Source: Camelus ferus
Lineage: Eukaryota
NCBI RefSeq assembly: GCF_009834535.1
Contig: NC_045697.1
Coordinates: 35,652,001 to 35,716,000, forward strand
Length of the DNA: 64,000 nt
Reading direction: 5' to 3'
Part shown: positions 63,406-64,000 of the stretch, piece after piece
How the letters are laid out: the number at the start of each line of letters is the position of its first letter
Numbering within the stretch: position 1 is the stretch's first letter
Notes under the pieces: model-generated
Database searches by the model: none
Seen by the model: the letters and a program-made list of their open reading frames with translations, nothing else
Told to the model about the DNA's origin: nothing
Position numbers and translations under genes: made by a program

Positions 63406-63529
63406 AAAGAGGATAGAAGAGTTTCTGTATCATCGCTAAATTTTGAGAGCAACAGAGAAAATCTATGGCTGAGAGAGTCTGAAATTCACACCTTCCTAGT
63501 GCTGTAATAATAATAATTTTAAAATGATA

Positions 63530-63730
63530 ATAAAGGTTAATGTTGATTAAGTGCTACCTAAATGCCAGGAACACCTCTGAGCATCTGATGACTATTGTAT
63601 CTTTTAATCCTCACAACAACCCTAGGAGGTAGGTGATATTTTCCCCCTTCCTTTTTAGATGCGGAAACCAAGGCACAGAGAGGTTAAGTAATTTGTCCAA
63701 GTCCACACAGCTGATGATGATCCAAGCCAC
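63530..63730 (-). mobile_element. MIR
   Basis: TTTAGATGCGGAAACCAAGGCACAGAGAGGTTAAGTAATTTGTCCAAG. Confidence 0.8.
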
Positions 63731-64000
63731 AATGTTCACCCGTGTGGATTCGCGCAGCTCACCCCTCCGGGCCTGCACTCTCGACCACCAGGAGCATTTA
63801 CTTACCGATGTGTGACCTGGAAAGACAGGCCCCACCGTCCTCTTACAAAGGTCAGGATGAGGGGTTTGGTCAGGGTGGACTCACCCTGTGTGCCTGTGAG
63901 CACAGTTGGGAATCAGTGAGGTGGGAACCAGCATGGGGGAAGCAAAGAGAAGGTACCAACACTTCTCTGGAGAAATAATGGGCAACCTGGCTCCTCTGCA

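Noticed and set aside
1..64000. CRISPR arrays, operons or other prokaryotic systems; CpG island
   Set aside because: The sequence is mammalian and CpG-depleted throughout, with no regularly spaced repeat-spacer array or CpG island seen

Overview
Mammalian genomic DNA, very probably from a camelid. The evidence is six tRNA-derived SINEs with the Vic-1-type head GGGGAGGGTATAGCTCAGTGGTAGAG...AATTACCTCCCC and several matching young L1 3' ends. The window is repeat-rich (L1, L2, MIR, MaLR/ERVL LTRs, MER DNA transposons) and I recognise no known protein-coding or RNA gene, so it looks intergenic or intronic. The most notable items are: (1) a young L1 insertion whose perfect 18-bp target-site duplication (TSD) encloses about 265 bp of extra downstream DNA, i.e. 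a 3' transduction; (2) two inverted L2 segments about 0.9 kb apart that are far more alike than independent L2 copies and share non-consensus changes; (3) a 507-nt minus-strand, splice-bounded, fully open candidate exon in unique DNA; (4) a nested ~120-bp palindrome; (5) an L1/SINE deletion junction with fold-back filler; (6) a strong CTCF motif. Repeat subfamily names are recalled from consensus sequences and boundaries are approximate unless a TSD is given.
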